DNA of 64,000 bases from Terriglobia bacterium. GTDB lineage: Bacteria; Acidobacteriota; Terriglobia; 20CM-2-55-15. The stretch is from contig CAXWPJ010000009.1 in assembly GCA_963664115.2 (NCBI GenBank), forward strand, positions 960,001 through 1,024,000, read 5' to 3'. The position numbers were made by a program, and so were the translations under genes. Every line of letters starts with the position of its first letter. Within the stretch, counting starts at the first letter, position 1. Positions 42,151 to 51,568 of this stretch are shown piece after piece. Below the pieces are notes generated by a model. The model did no database searches and was not told where the DNA came from. It saw nothing but the letters and a program-made list of their open reading frames with translations.

Positions 42151-43115
42151 AGGCGACTTTGCTGTGCATAGCCCTGGGCTTCGCGAACCAGGTGGCCTGG
42201 GCTCAGACAGTGACGACCGATGCCGTTACGGACTCTTCGGATCTGCGGTTCACTGTTCATTTGGATAGAACAGCCGTCTGGCCCGGCGATCAGTTCCACT
42301 ATCTCATCATTGTCGACTACTCCTCTGATTACGAATTCGTTCTCGACAACCTGAGCCAAGAGAGCATTAACATGGACCCCTTTGAGGTCATAGACGTCGG
42401 AACGAATCTGGTTGTTAATAGCACAGGCCGGAGATTGTTCGTGGATCTGACACTGGCCAACTTCGAAACCCTGCAGGGCAGAATGGACATTCCACAGTTC
42501 ACCCTGTTTTATTTCCGTACAGAGAACAATACCGTCGGTGTGGATCAGGCGGCTGCCGAAAGCCTGACGATTCCCGGACCCGCCATCGGAATTCGTAGCA
42601 CGTTGGAGCCGAATCCCGACGACATCCGCGATGCAGTTACGGTGATCGGGTGGGACCGCAGTCGCTGGGTGTTTCCCGCCCTCGGCTGGATTTGTGGTGC
42701 GGTTTTGGTCTTGGGTTCGGGGCGGGAGCTGGTGTTGTTTGTCCAGCGAAGAAAAGCGCGCAAAGGTCCGGATCGCCGCAAAGCGATGAAAGCCGTCCGC
42801 GACCGGTGGACGAGCGGCGTGCCTTCAGAGTTCACGGATCCGGAGACCTGCTCGGCTTTTCTCGACCATTCCTACCAGAACCTGAAGGAGTACGTCGGGC
42901 ATTACCTGGAGACTCCCACCATGGGACTGACCTCTGAGGAGATGCGCGAGGAAATGCGACGTCAGGGTGCAAGCACGGACCTGTCCGAGAAAGTTGCTAA
43001 AGTGCTGGAGGCTTGTGAGACAACCCGCTACGCGCGCAACGGTGTGTCGGAACGCGGGGAAGCGGCGCGTGTCGTGGCCGACGGCATGCGCGAAATTCTG
43101 AGCCCCAAGGGATAG
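42147..43115 (+). CDS. Secreted/TM accessory protein (MxaA/BatD-like)
   Basis: ATGA overlap with the DUF58 stop; Ig-like N-region, TM, C-terminal LTSEEM..LEACETTRYA. Confidence 0.65.
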   Translation: MKATLLCIALGFANQVAWAQTVTTDAVTDSSDLRFTVHLDRTAVWPGDQFHYLIIVDYSSDYEFVLDNLSQESINMDPFEVIDVGTNLVVNSTGRRLFVDLTLANFETLQGRMDIPQFTLFYFRTENNTVGVDQAAAESLTIPGPAIGIRSTLEPNPDDIRDAVTVIGWDRSRWVFPALGWICGAVLVLGSGRELVLFVQRRKARKGPDRRKAMKAVRDRWTSGVPSEFTDPETCSAFLDHSYQNLKEYVGHYLETPTMGLTSEEMREEMRRQGASTDLSEKVAKVLEACETTRYARNGVSERGEAARVVADGMREILSPKG

Positions 43116-43122
43116 TCAACGA

Positions 43123-44055
43123 ATGACGTTTCTGTATCTCCAGTGGCTTTATTTAGCGGTGCCGCTACTGCTGATCGCGTTGGGCCTGCGCTTCTGGAGA
43201 CGGCACTATTGGGGACACTCCCTCGTGTCCCAGATGCGGGAAGAGATCGGTGGTCCGAATCCCATTCTGCGCATGCCTGCCATCCTGGAGGGAGCGGCGG
43301 TGGCATTGCTGCTCACCGCGCTGCTGGGTCCCATCTACCCCTTTGTCGTGAACCGCGTCGAACGCGGTGGGCTGCAGATCCTGATCGTGCTCGACCTCTC
43401 CCAGAGCATGGAAATACCGCTGGGAGACCGGTCGAGAATGGAAGTCATCAAGGCGAGCGCAACCGAATTCATCGACCGCCGACCGGGTGATGCCGTTGGC
43501 CTCGTGGTGTTTTCTCATAACGGATATCTGGTCACACCCGCCACCTTCGATCACGAAAGCCTGCTTTCGTATCTACAGCGGGTCAGCCCGCAGACACTCG
43601 CGCACGAGGGATACACGGCTATCGGCGAGGGTCTTGCCGCCGCCCAGGAGTTTTTTCTCTTCAGCAGAGAACGCGGCGGCCGCGGTAAAGGCGAGGTCAT
43701 TGTCTTGTTCAGCGACGGGGAAAGCAATTGGGGCAGGGACCCCTTGCAGGAAGTGGAAAGAGCGCGCCAGGACGGCGTCCGTATCTACTTTATCGGCGTT
43801 GCACTGCAAGAGGAGGCCGCAGGGCGGATCGCCGCCGCAGTCCCGTCCACGGGCGGAAAGTTTTTCGATGCTCAGATCCCCGGGCACATCGTGGAGGCTC
43901 TCGAAGAGATCAACACGACGGAGCAGGGCCGCTTCTCTACGCTCCAGTTAAGACGGGAACAACCCGCCTACTTTGTTTTTGTCCTCCTGGCGTTCGCGGC
44001 CCTCGCGCTGCGGATGATACTCCATGGTATCCCGCATTTCGTGGAGATCAGTTAA
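43123..44055 (+). CDS. VWA-domain membrane protein (MxaC/BatA-like)
   Basis: DLSQSM; RRPGDAVGLVVFS; TAIGEGL; LFSDGE. Confidence 0.88.
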   Translation: MTFLYLQWLYLAVPLLLIALGLRFWRRHYWGHSLVSQMREEIGGPNPILRMPAILEGAAVALLLTALLGPIYPFVVNRVERGGLQILIVLDLSQSMEIPLGDRSRMEVIKASATEFIDRRPGDAVGLVVFSHNGYLVTPATFDHESLLSYLQRVSPQTLAHEGYTAIGEGLAAAQEFFLFSRERGGRGKGEVIVLFSDGESNWGRDPLQEVERARQDGVRIYFIGVALQEEAAGRIAAAVPSTGGKFFDAQIPGHIVEALEEINTTEQGRFSTLQLRREQPAYFVFVLLAFAALALRMILHGIPHFVEIS

Positions 44056-44061
44056 CCGCTT

Positions 44062-44448
44062 TTAGAACAATTCGGGCACGCGGAACGTCAGAACCGAATT
44101 GAGCCTCTTGTCACTGACGATGATGCTCTGGTTCTTCACGTCCAGCGCCACTCCACGTGGCATCTCGAGAACGCCATCGGGTCCACCGATCGTCCACAAC
44201 GGCGGGCCATCGCTGCTCGCTTCATAGCTCCACACACCCAAACAGGAAACAGGATCCGCCAGAGTCTCCCCGACCGGTCGGTTCGTCGCGAAAATGAGTT
44301 TCTTCGGCGGATAGATCGCGAACGGTCCGCCCAGACTGCGGGGGCCTTGGATCGTCATTATCGGGTCGACCTTGCCATTGGCAAGGCGATCATAAAGCAG
44401 GAAAGTGGTCGCGGTCCTGCCCCCGCCCCCACCTCCGGAGGCTGGGGC
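44062..44448 (-). pseudogene. Orphan C-terminal fragment (about 2.5 repeats) of a fifth beta-propeller paralogue
   Basis: FLLYDRLANGKVDPIMTIQGP..LGVWSY..PPLWTIGGP..PRGVALDVKNQSIIVSDKRLNSVLTFRVPELF; same frame as copy 4 but behind four stops. Confidence 0.8.
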
Positions 44449-44466
44449 TTAGCCTGTCCTTCGTGG

Positions 44467-44520
44467 TCAGAAGATCTCCCGCGGTCAGAAGATTACTTCG
44501 GATCAGAAGATCTCTGGAAC
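44467..44520 (-). repeat. Triplicated 18-bp gene end
   Basis: tcagaagat at 44467, 44485 and 44503; reads VPEIF* SEVIF* PREIF* on the minus strand. Confidence 0.8.
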
Positions 44521-46569
44521 CGAAAACACCAGAATGCCGTTCAAGCGCATATCGGAAATAATCACTTCCTGGTCTTCAGGGTTCAATACCACTCCAAAGG
44601 GTTTCTTCAGCGTTGTCGTCGGTCCCGCCGGGAGCTTCCAAAGCGGCGGAATGTCCCCGTTATCTTCGTAGCTCCATACGCCTAAAAAGGCGCCCTCCGG
44701 TTCCATGTGATCTCGAATCCCGGGCATCGCCGCGACGATCAGCTTCCTCTGTGGATAGACCTGCATCTGGTTGATCCGTACAATCCCCGAATTCGGACCG
44801 CGGATTACGGCCCGCGGCTTTACGTTTCCTTCGTCCGTCCGGTTAAACACCAGGAGCGCGCCCCGCTGGGCGTCTGGTGACCGAGAACTACCGAAGGAGC
44901 TGTTTAAGCCGACTACCAGAATGTCGTTGATCGGATCCACGGAAACCACATTAACGGATTCCAAGCCGGTGTCGGGACCCTCGATGATTCGAAGGGGCGC
45001 AACGTCACCGTTGGCTTCGCGCGGATATACCTTAATACTGTTGCCGCTGTAGGTGAAAATCTCGTCGTGAATGGGGTCCACATCCAAGCGGCTGCCTATC
45101 GTTCCGGTCCGGGGGCCCTGTATGATTCGAATGGGTGCTTCCTGTCCATCGGCGCCTCCGCGGAACGTCAGGATCGCCTCTGCAAACGGGTTGGGCACAA
45201 GAAATTCATCGTTGATTTCATCGTAGCGGATGTCGTGCATGGTTCGCGACAGCTTGCTCGCCTGCCCGAAAACGGCCCGTTCGGGTTGCTGTGCTCCGTC
45301 CGCCAGCCTGGCGAACGCCGCAATTTGCGGATGGGCCACTCAGTTGGGCACCAGAATTTGATCCCGTAAGGTGTCGTATCCGACAGCCCCCGGGTTGCCG
45401 ATGTTGAGCGACAGTCTATCCGCCGGTCCAGATCGAATCGTGCGCGATGGGCTAACATCCCCGTTGGCCGTCACCGGGTACACCGTCACCGAGGCATTTC
45501 CCATGTTCGCAACATAGAGTTCGTCGTTGGTGGGATCGACCGTGATTCCGGGCGGATGTTTGATTCCGGTGTTCGGCCCCTTGATGACGCGGATCGGAGC
45601 CACATCACCCTTGTCTGACATCCGAAAAACCAGGACAGAGTCGTCAGCGTCATTCGCAAGGAACAATTCCTGCCGCTCCTCGTGCAAGGCCAGATGCGAA
45701 GGCCAATTCATCAATGTCTGGGGTCCTTCGATGATCCAGAGAGGCTCCGTATTTTCCGACGCCTCCAGGGGATACACGGTGATTGATGGAGACTCGAACT
45801 TCCCCCATTCCCGTGGGCGCGTACCGGCTGGAGAACCGGGCGGTGGCGCCACGGTCTCCCGACCGTTTCCGTAATTGCTCACGAACACCAGGTTGTTACT
45901 CGCATCGATCGCGATCCCGTGGGGATCTTCCAGCTGCGTGTCGTTCCCACGCAACACGCGAAGCGGTTCCTCTTCACCCTCCGCACCCTTCCGATAAACA
46001 TAGACCGCGTTCTGGTGCTGCACCATCAGGAACATCTCCTGTCTCTCTTCGTGCATGGCGATCCCGAAGGTTCCGTGGGGTGTGGCCAGCACCCGCGTCG
46101 GTGTCGCGTTACCCCGGGCGTCGGGAGAAAAAACAGGCAGCCAGTCCTGCGTGTCGTTGTTGACGACGTAAATCTCGCTGGTGACCGGGTCGATATAGAC
46201 CCCGCACATCATCTCCGCAAACGTGTCCGGCCCGGAAATAACCCGTCTCGGCTCCGTGAAAAGTGCCGACGCGGGAGTGTCGGAGCGACTGTCGAACTCC
46301 AGGATCTGAAACAAGTTCTCATCGGTGACGACGAGCATGTTGTTATCCGGATTCACCGCCACCGCGCTTAATGAAGGGTAGGGATCCTTAATAAACCGAA
46401 GCGGGGCCCGTTCGATCAACACGGTCTCTCGATCTCCTCCGCCCTGCGCGTATGCGACCTCTGAAATCTTCCAACTTCCAACCACGATTGCATCCGCTAG
46501 CGACACGATCAAGCCGAGGCAAATCGTCGATAGCAGCCAGATCCTCCAGTTATGACCACCTTGATTCAT
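44503..46569 (-). CDS. Putative secreted beta-propeller selenoprotein, copy 4, divergent (688 aa, Sec410 at 45340-45342)
   Basis: AAGGAGG RBS, start MNQGG; in-frame ILVPN*VAHPQIAAFARLADG; hairpin with compensatory change at 45297-45317. Confidence 0.85.
45297..45339 (-). promoter_or_regulatory. Putative SECIS element, copy 4
   Basis: CGUUCGCC[AGGCU]GGCGGACG: the A-U pair of copies 1-3 is replaced by G-C. Confidence 0.8.
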
Positions 46570-46773
46570 TACGGAACCTCCTTCACATTCGACTAAATTC
46601 GACCCACGTCTCCCTGCAGGCCGTGATTCATCGCAAGACCGATAATAACGACCAAACAGCGGGGATGCCCGGAAAATCGTTGAAATCATATCGATGTTCT
46701 TTGCTTAAGCCTTTCTTTTGGGACGACGGGGGAAACAATGTCACGAAGCGGCATCCTGCGTCAGAAACTGCTG

Positions 46774-46809
46774 AAACCGGCCCTTCCTCCGATTGGAGAA
46801 GGGCCGGTT
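46774..46809. terminator. Repeated terminator hairpin, copy D
   Basis: Nearly identical to copy A; lies after the DUF5916-like gene and upstream of copy 4. Confidence 0.75.
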
Positions 46810-46890
46810 CCGTTTTAAACGACGGCAAACCGAAAGTGTCTCTTAGTTGTTCAGAGGAGTTGGATCAAACCCCTAACCATCGATTTCAAG

Positions 46891-49137
46891 CTATCTAAAG
46901 ACCTCCACCTGGCGGGAGTACTTGACGATGAGATTGCGATTGATGGGACCCAGCCCGTGCAGTCCCTGGATCTCGTTATAGACGACGTACAATCCGGTGC
47001 CGGCGGTGCTCAGCCAGCCAAAGCGGAAGTTTCCGCTCCAGGTACTTGCCCGGTCGTTGTACTGGACCAACGACTGAAAGTTGATCCGTGGTGAGAGGCT
47101 GTAGTTGAGACGAGCCTGCAGCAAGTTGGTTACGAAGTCGCCTTGCGGGAGCTTGACATCGCTGCGCCGCCAGCTGAAGGATGTATTGATCGTGGCCCCG
47201 GCCCGGGCGTTCGCACCCACCGAGAACGTGCGCTCGCTTCCGGTATAAAAGCCACCGACAACCGAAGACCAATCCAGAGACAGCACCTGGCTCCGGTCTG
47301 TACGCAATCGAAAGTCGAGCTGCGGATGTCGGTACTGGCCTGGAGGTATGACCACTCCGGGAGAAATCTCGAACGGTTCATGAAGCCCTTCCATATTAAT
47401 GTTCACGATCGGGCCCAAAAACCAGCCGTTTTCGAAATCGATGCTGGGATCCAGATGGATCTGTTGGGTTTCCATAAAGCCTTCGAAATCCCAATACGTC
47501 CGGATTTGGGCATGGGGCCGAATTTCTCGAAGCCACCCCAGGTTCGGGAAGCGAATGTTCTTCCCTCCCGCGAGGTCAAAAAACCGGTAGTTCTTGCGTG
47601 TCAGGAATCCGACCTCGGGATTGAAGTCATCTCCGACCTGTGAAAATTCGGAACGCAGGTATCCACCCCTCTGCTGGTACTGAGCCCGGACGTCGTAGGC
47701 GGACTCCGGACCCGTTCGACCGGGTGTTTCCGTGCGCGCTATGAACCCGTTGATATCCGTGTATTGGCCGATGCCGAGTTTAGCGTCGACGCCCCAGGTC
47801 CGGTTCCAGTTGTCGGGGATCGAACCCGCCGCCTCACGATTGACAAAAATGCCGCCAAGGCTGGAGCGGTTCGGAAGCTCCCTGCTCACACGCGCTACGG
47901 TGAAGTTGTTCTTGGCTGTGACAAAAGGAACGTCGTCAGTCTCCATGTTGAGCAACCCGACGTTAAACTGCCCCACCTTTCCGCTCAAACGGGCACCTCC
48001 AATGATGGGTACAGCGGCCCCGGAGGGATCGAGACCGATACGGCGGCTGAAAAACAGATCAATGCCGGATTTTCCTGCCGCGAACAAACCGGCATTCTCA
48101 AGGAAAAACGAGCGTTTCTCTGGAAAACGGACACTGAACCGGGTCAGGTTGATCACCTGCTCGTCCACCTCGACCTGCGCGAAATCCGTGTTGTAGGTCA
48201 CATCCAGATTCAGGCTCGGCGTGACACCGAACTTGGCGTCGAAACCGATGTCGCCGTCATAATCCGACTCAGTTTCCGCGGTGTTTGCGAAGTTTCGTGA
48301 GGCTGTGCCGGTCACATAGGGTGTTACGTTGAAATTGCGTGGGGTCTCCAGTTCCAGTCCCTGCAGTTCTCCGGCCGACGACAGTCGATACAGGTTGTAG
48401 ATGCGCTCGATCGGAGCCCAGAAAACCTCTTCGTTCTTCCGCCGAATATTGCGTTGAAAGTTCACACCCCAGGTCTGGGGTCGGTCACCGTAGCGCAGGC
48501 TTCTCAAAGGGATTTCGAACTCGGCCGTCCAGCCCGATTCGTTGACTTCGGTACGCACCGTCCAACTGGTGTCCCAGTTCAGGTTAAAACCGGAACCCGA
48601 GGTCACGGCGGCCCGGCCCTGGACCGCGCGCGTACCCTCGCCTTCGTTGCTGACCTGGCCGTCAAATTCGATCCCCGCGGGATTCGTGCCAAAGACGAAG
48701 CCGTTCTGCCGATCGTGGTAGGTGTCGAAGATGACTTGAAAGGAATCGGTGTCGTTCATTCCCGAATCCCGCCTGCTGTCGGTCACCCGAATCAGCCCCG
48801 GTTCGCTGTCATAGCAGATCACACTGATAAAGATGGCGCGACTGTTGTACAGAATCCGAACGACGGTCTCTTCGGATGCGGGGGTGCCTTCGACCGGCTC
48901 GGTCTGCACAAACCCGGTAATCGGTGTGGCGAGTTCCCAAACTGCGTCGTCGACAATGCCGTCGATCACCGGAGGTGTCTCGACGAAAGTCGCGCTGGCG
49001 ATCGGCACGGGTCCCTGTGCCGCCCCGGGAGTAGTCGCGAGGAGAACGGCCATTATGGCGACGATCGCGCCAAACATCGTCCGCAAGTTGAACTCCTTAA
49101 CGTGTTGTCCGCTGGGGTTGGGGGCCTGCCCAAGCAA
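46891..49137 (-). CDS. CBM9-like + DUF5916 outer-membrane protein (start uncertain, possibly 49077)
   Basis: PVIDG..W; FDTYHDRQNG; WTAEFEIP; NTDFAQVEVD..NLTRF..FPEKRSFFLE; FFSRRIG. Confidence 0.85.
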   Translation of the reverse strand: MLGQAPNPSGQHVKEFNLRTMFGAIVAIMAVLLATTPGAAQGPVPIASATFVETPPVIDGIVDDAVWELATPITGFVQTEPVEGTPASEETVVRILYNSRAIFISVICYDSEPGLIRVTDSRRDSGMNDTDSFQVIFDTYHDRQNGFVFGTNPAGIEFDGQVSNEGEGTRAVQGRAAVTSGSGFNLNWDTSWTVRTEVNESGWTAEFEIPLRSLRYGDRPQTWGVNFQRNIRRKNEEVFWAPIERIYNLYRLSSAGELQGLELETPRNFNVTPYVTGTASRNFANTAETESDYDGDIGFDAKFGVTPSLNLDVTYNTDFAQVEVDEQVINLTRFSVRFPEKRSFFLENAGLFAAGKSGIDLFFSRRIGLDPSGAAVPIIGGARLSGKVGQFNVGLLNMETDDVPFVTAKNNFTVARVSRELPNRSSLGGIFVNREAAGSIPDNWNRTWGVDAKLGIGQYTDINGFIARTETPGRTGPESAYDVRAQYQQRGGYLRSEFSQVGDDFNPEVGFLTRKNYRFFDLAGGKNIRFPNLGWLREIRPHAQIRTYWDFEGFMETQQIHLDPSIDFENGWFLGPIVNINMEGLHEPFEISPGVVIPPGQYRHPQLDFRLRTDRSQVLSLDWSSVVGGFYTGSERTFSVGANARAGATINTSFSWRRSDVKLPQGDFVTNLLQARLNYSLSPRINFQSLVQYNDRASTWSGNFRFGWLSTAGTGLYVVYNEIQGLHGLGPINRNLIVKYSRQVEVFR

Positions 49138-49278
49138 TCGACATGAGCCGTTCAGCTATAGGTAACGGACAAGATGGCAACAACTGATGGCACCGCTACA
49201 TACCGTGCCGTGAAGTATTATACAAGGTTGGAACCGGACTGCTCATGACCCGAAGCCTGTCGTCAAAAAGAGGGTCGA

Positions 49279-51498
49279 ATGCTACTATTTCGCCAAATGA
49301 GGCGTTTTCGCTCAGTGGTCGTGGTCTTGGCGCTGCTCTTGACTGCGGGGTTTCTTTTTTTCACTCAACAACAGGATCGGCAGGTCGGCACTGAGGGGCT
49401 TGCGAGCTCTGGCGACTATGTCGATTCCGCGACCTGCGCGTCATGCCACCAAACCATATACGAGACATATCAGCATACCGGGATGGGGCGGTCTTTTTCG
49501 CGCCTGGGTCCGGCCAATACGATTGAAGATTTCATAACAGACAACACCTTTTATCACCGTCTCTCGGACCGGTATTACACGATGCACGAGCGAGACGGCC
49601 GCTATTTCCAGCGACGCCACCAGTTGGGTCCCAATGGAGAGCCCATCAATGCCGTAGAGATGGAAATAGATTACGTCCTCGGTTCCGGCAATCATTCGCG
49701 CGCTTACTTGCATCTGAACGAGCAGGACAGGCTGATTCAACTTCCGGTCGCGTGGTATTCCGAGAATGGCGGTTACTGGGACATGAGCCCGGGATACGAC
49801 CGGAAAGACCACCTGGACTTTCGGCGCGAGATTACACCCGAATGCATGTTCTGCCACAACGCATACCCTGAAATTGGAGCAAATTCATATCGAAGTGGCA
49901 GCGAGGCGGCGTTCCCGGGAAGAATCCCGGAGGGCATTGACTGCCAGAGGTGCCACGGACCGGGTGGCGCTCATATTCGTGCCACCGAACAAGCGGACCG
50001 AACCCTCGAAATGATCCGGACAGCAATCGTGAATCCTGCGCGACTATCGTCGGAGCGGAATCTCGAAGTATGCATGCAGTGCCATCTCGAATCGACCAGC
50101 ACGCCGCTTCCTTATGCGACGCGCCGCTTTGACCGCGGTGTCTTTTCTTATCGCCCAGGCGAGCCGCTCGCCGAATACGCCATTCATTTCGATCACGCGC
50201 CTGGCTCCGAACGCGACGGCAAGTTCGAAATCGTGAATCAAGCGTATCGGCTGCGCCAGTCGGTCTGTTTCTTAGAGAGCGGCTCGGCGATGACCTGCAC
50301 AACATGTCATGATCCGCATAACGTACCGCGCGGCGCGGAAGCTACCAGACATTATGCCGCCGTATGTCAGAGCTGCCATGAAGACCGGGTTACGAGCCTG
50401 ACAACCGCAGGAGGGCATCCTTCATCACCAGACTGCGTCTCCTGTCACATGCCCAAACGTCGGACCGATGACGTCGTTCATGTCGTGATGACGGACCACA
50501 CCATTCAGCGCAACAGACCCTCACGGGATCTGTTGACGCCCATCACAGAAGAGGCCGCCGGGACGAACACAAGCGATTACACGGGCGACGTCGCTTTGTA
50601 TTACCCCCCGGATCTGCCACCTACCCCAGACAACGAGCTCTATGTTGCCGTCGCTCAGGTGATTCAGAATTCTAATTTAGAGGATGGTATTCCCCGCCTC
50701 GAGGCGGCCATCGAAAGGTACCGGCCGGAGGAGGGCGAGTTCTACTTCGTATTGGCCGAAGCTTACCGCAGCAGGAATGCACTCGGGCTTGCAATCGGGA
50801 TGTATCAGGAAGCCTTGGAACGGCGCCCTGATTTCTGGCCGGCTCTTCGCATGCTCGGACTATCGCTTGTAAGCGTGGGACAGCCGGAGCGCGGTGTCGA
50901 GTTTCTGGAACAGGCTGGGAGGCTGTCCACAAATGAGGCTGTAGGGAACGATCTCGCGATGGTTTACCGCGGAATGGGAAGGCTCAACGAGGCGGTGGCG
51001 GCTCTCGAAAATGCACTGTCGCTGAATCCTGACTTTCCACCCACCCACAACAATCTGGGACGCATCCGGGCCGAGATGGGCGATATCGCCGGAGCGGAAG
51101 AAGCGTTCAGCCAGGCGATTCGAGTCCAGCCGGATTTCACGGGTCCGTACACAAACCTGGCCAACGTCCTCGCTGCGCGCGGCAATCTTCAGCGGGCGCA
51201 AACCATCCTCGAAAGGGCGATCACGCAGGCCCTACCCGCCGATCCTGGCTTGGCTAACGTTCGCAGCTTGCTCGGAGATGTGATGGCGGCGCGCGGTGAA
51301 ACAGAGCCGGCACGTGTCCACTATCTAGAGGCTTTGAGAATGGACCCGAACCTCGCTCCCGCCCAGTTCGGCCTCGGATCGGTTCTGGCCAGTCAAGGCA
51401 GAACAGCCGAAGCTATCGTCCAGTTTCAGCAAGTAGCCGAAACCGGAGACATCGGCCTTCGCCGGGCCGCTCTGGCAGCGATTCAAGAACTCCGGTAA
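49279..51498 (+). CDS. Multiheme cytochrome c (7 CxxCH) with C-terminal TPRs
   Basis: CASCH, CMFCH, CQRCH, CMQCH, CTTCH, CQSCH, CVSCH; TPR repeats. Confidence 0.88.
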   Translation: MLLFRQMRRFRSVVVVLALLLTAGFLFFTQQQDRQVGTEGLASSGDYVDSATCASCHQTIYETYQHTGMGRSFSRLGPANTIEDFITDNTFYHRLSDRYYTMHERDGRYFQRRHQLGPNGEPINAVEMEIDYVLGSGNHSRAYLHLNEQDRLIQLPVAWYSENGGYWDMSPGYDRKDHLDFRREITPECMFCHNAYPEIGANSYRSGSEAAFPGRIPEGIDCQRCHGPGGAHIRATEQADRTLEMIRTAIVNPARLSSERNLEVCMQCHLESTSTPLPYATRRFDRGVFSYRPGEPLAEYAIHFDHAPGSERDGKFEIVNQAYRLRQSVCFLESGSAMTCTTCHDPHNVPRGAEATRHYAAVCQSCHEDRVTSLTTAGGHPSSPDCVSCHMPKRRTDDVVHVVMTDHTIQRNRPSRDLLTPITEEAAGTNTSDYTGDVALYYPPDLPPTPDNELYVAVAQVIQNSNLEDGIPRLEAAIERYRPEEGEFYFVLAEAYRSRNALGLAIGMYQEALERRPDFWPALRMLGLSLVSVGQPERGVEFLEQAGRLSTNEAVGNDLAMVYRGMGRLNEAVAALENALSLNPDFPPTHNNLGRIRAEMGDIAGAEEAFSQAIRVQPDFTGPYTNLANVLAARGNLQRAQTILERAITQALPADPGLANVRSLLGDVMAARGETEPARVHYLEALRMDPNLAPAQFGLGSVLASQGRTAEAIVQFQQVAETGDIGLRRAALAAIQELR

Positions 51499-51568
51499 TA
51501 AGAAACTCAAGCGTCTGTTTTACGATGCGTCCCGGTCCGGGTCGTCGGCGGTCGGGGTCGGGTTCGGG

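Noticed and set aside
22388-46569. Genome-wide UGA reassignment (code 4 or 25) as the cause of the in-frame UGAs
   Set aside because: Many genes here end normally at TGA (e.g. 1159, 6609, 9992, 32235), Trp is encoded by TGG, and other long genes show no internal TGA.
22304-46809. CRISPR array from the four palindromic ~37-bp repeats
   Set aside because: The copies are kilobases apart at gene 3' ends, with no spacers or cas genes; they are better explained as terminators.
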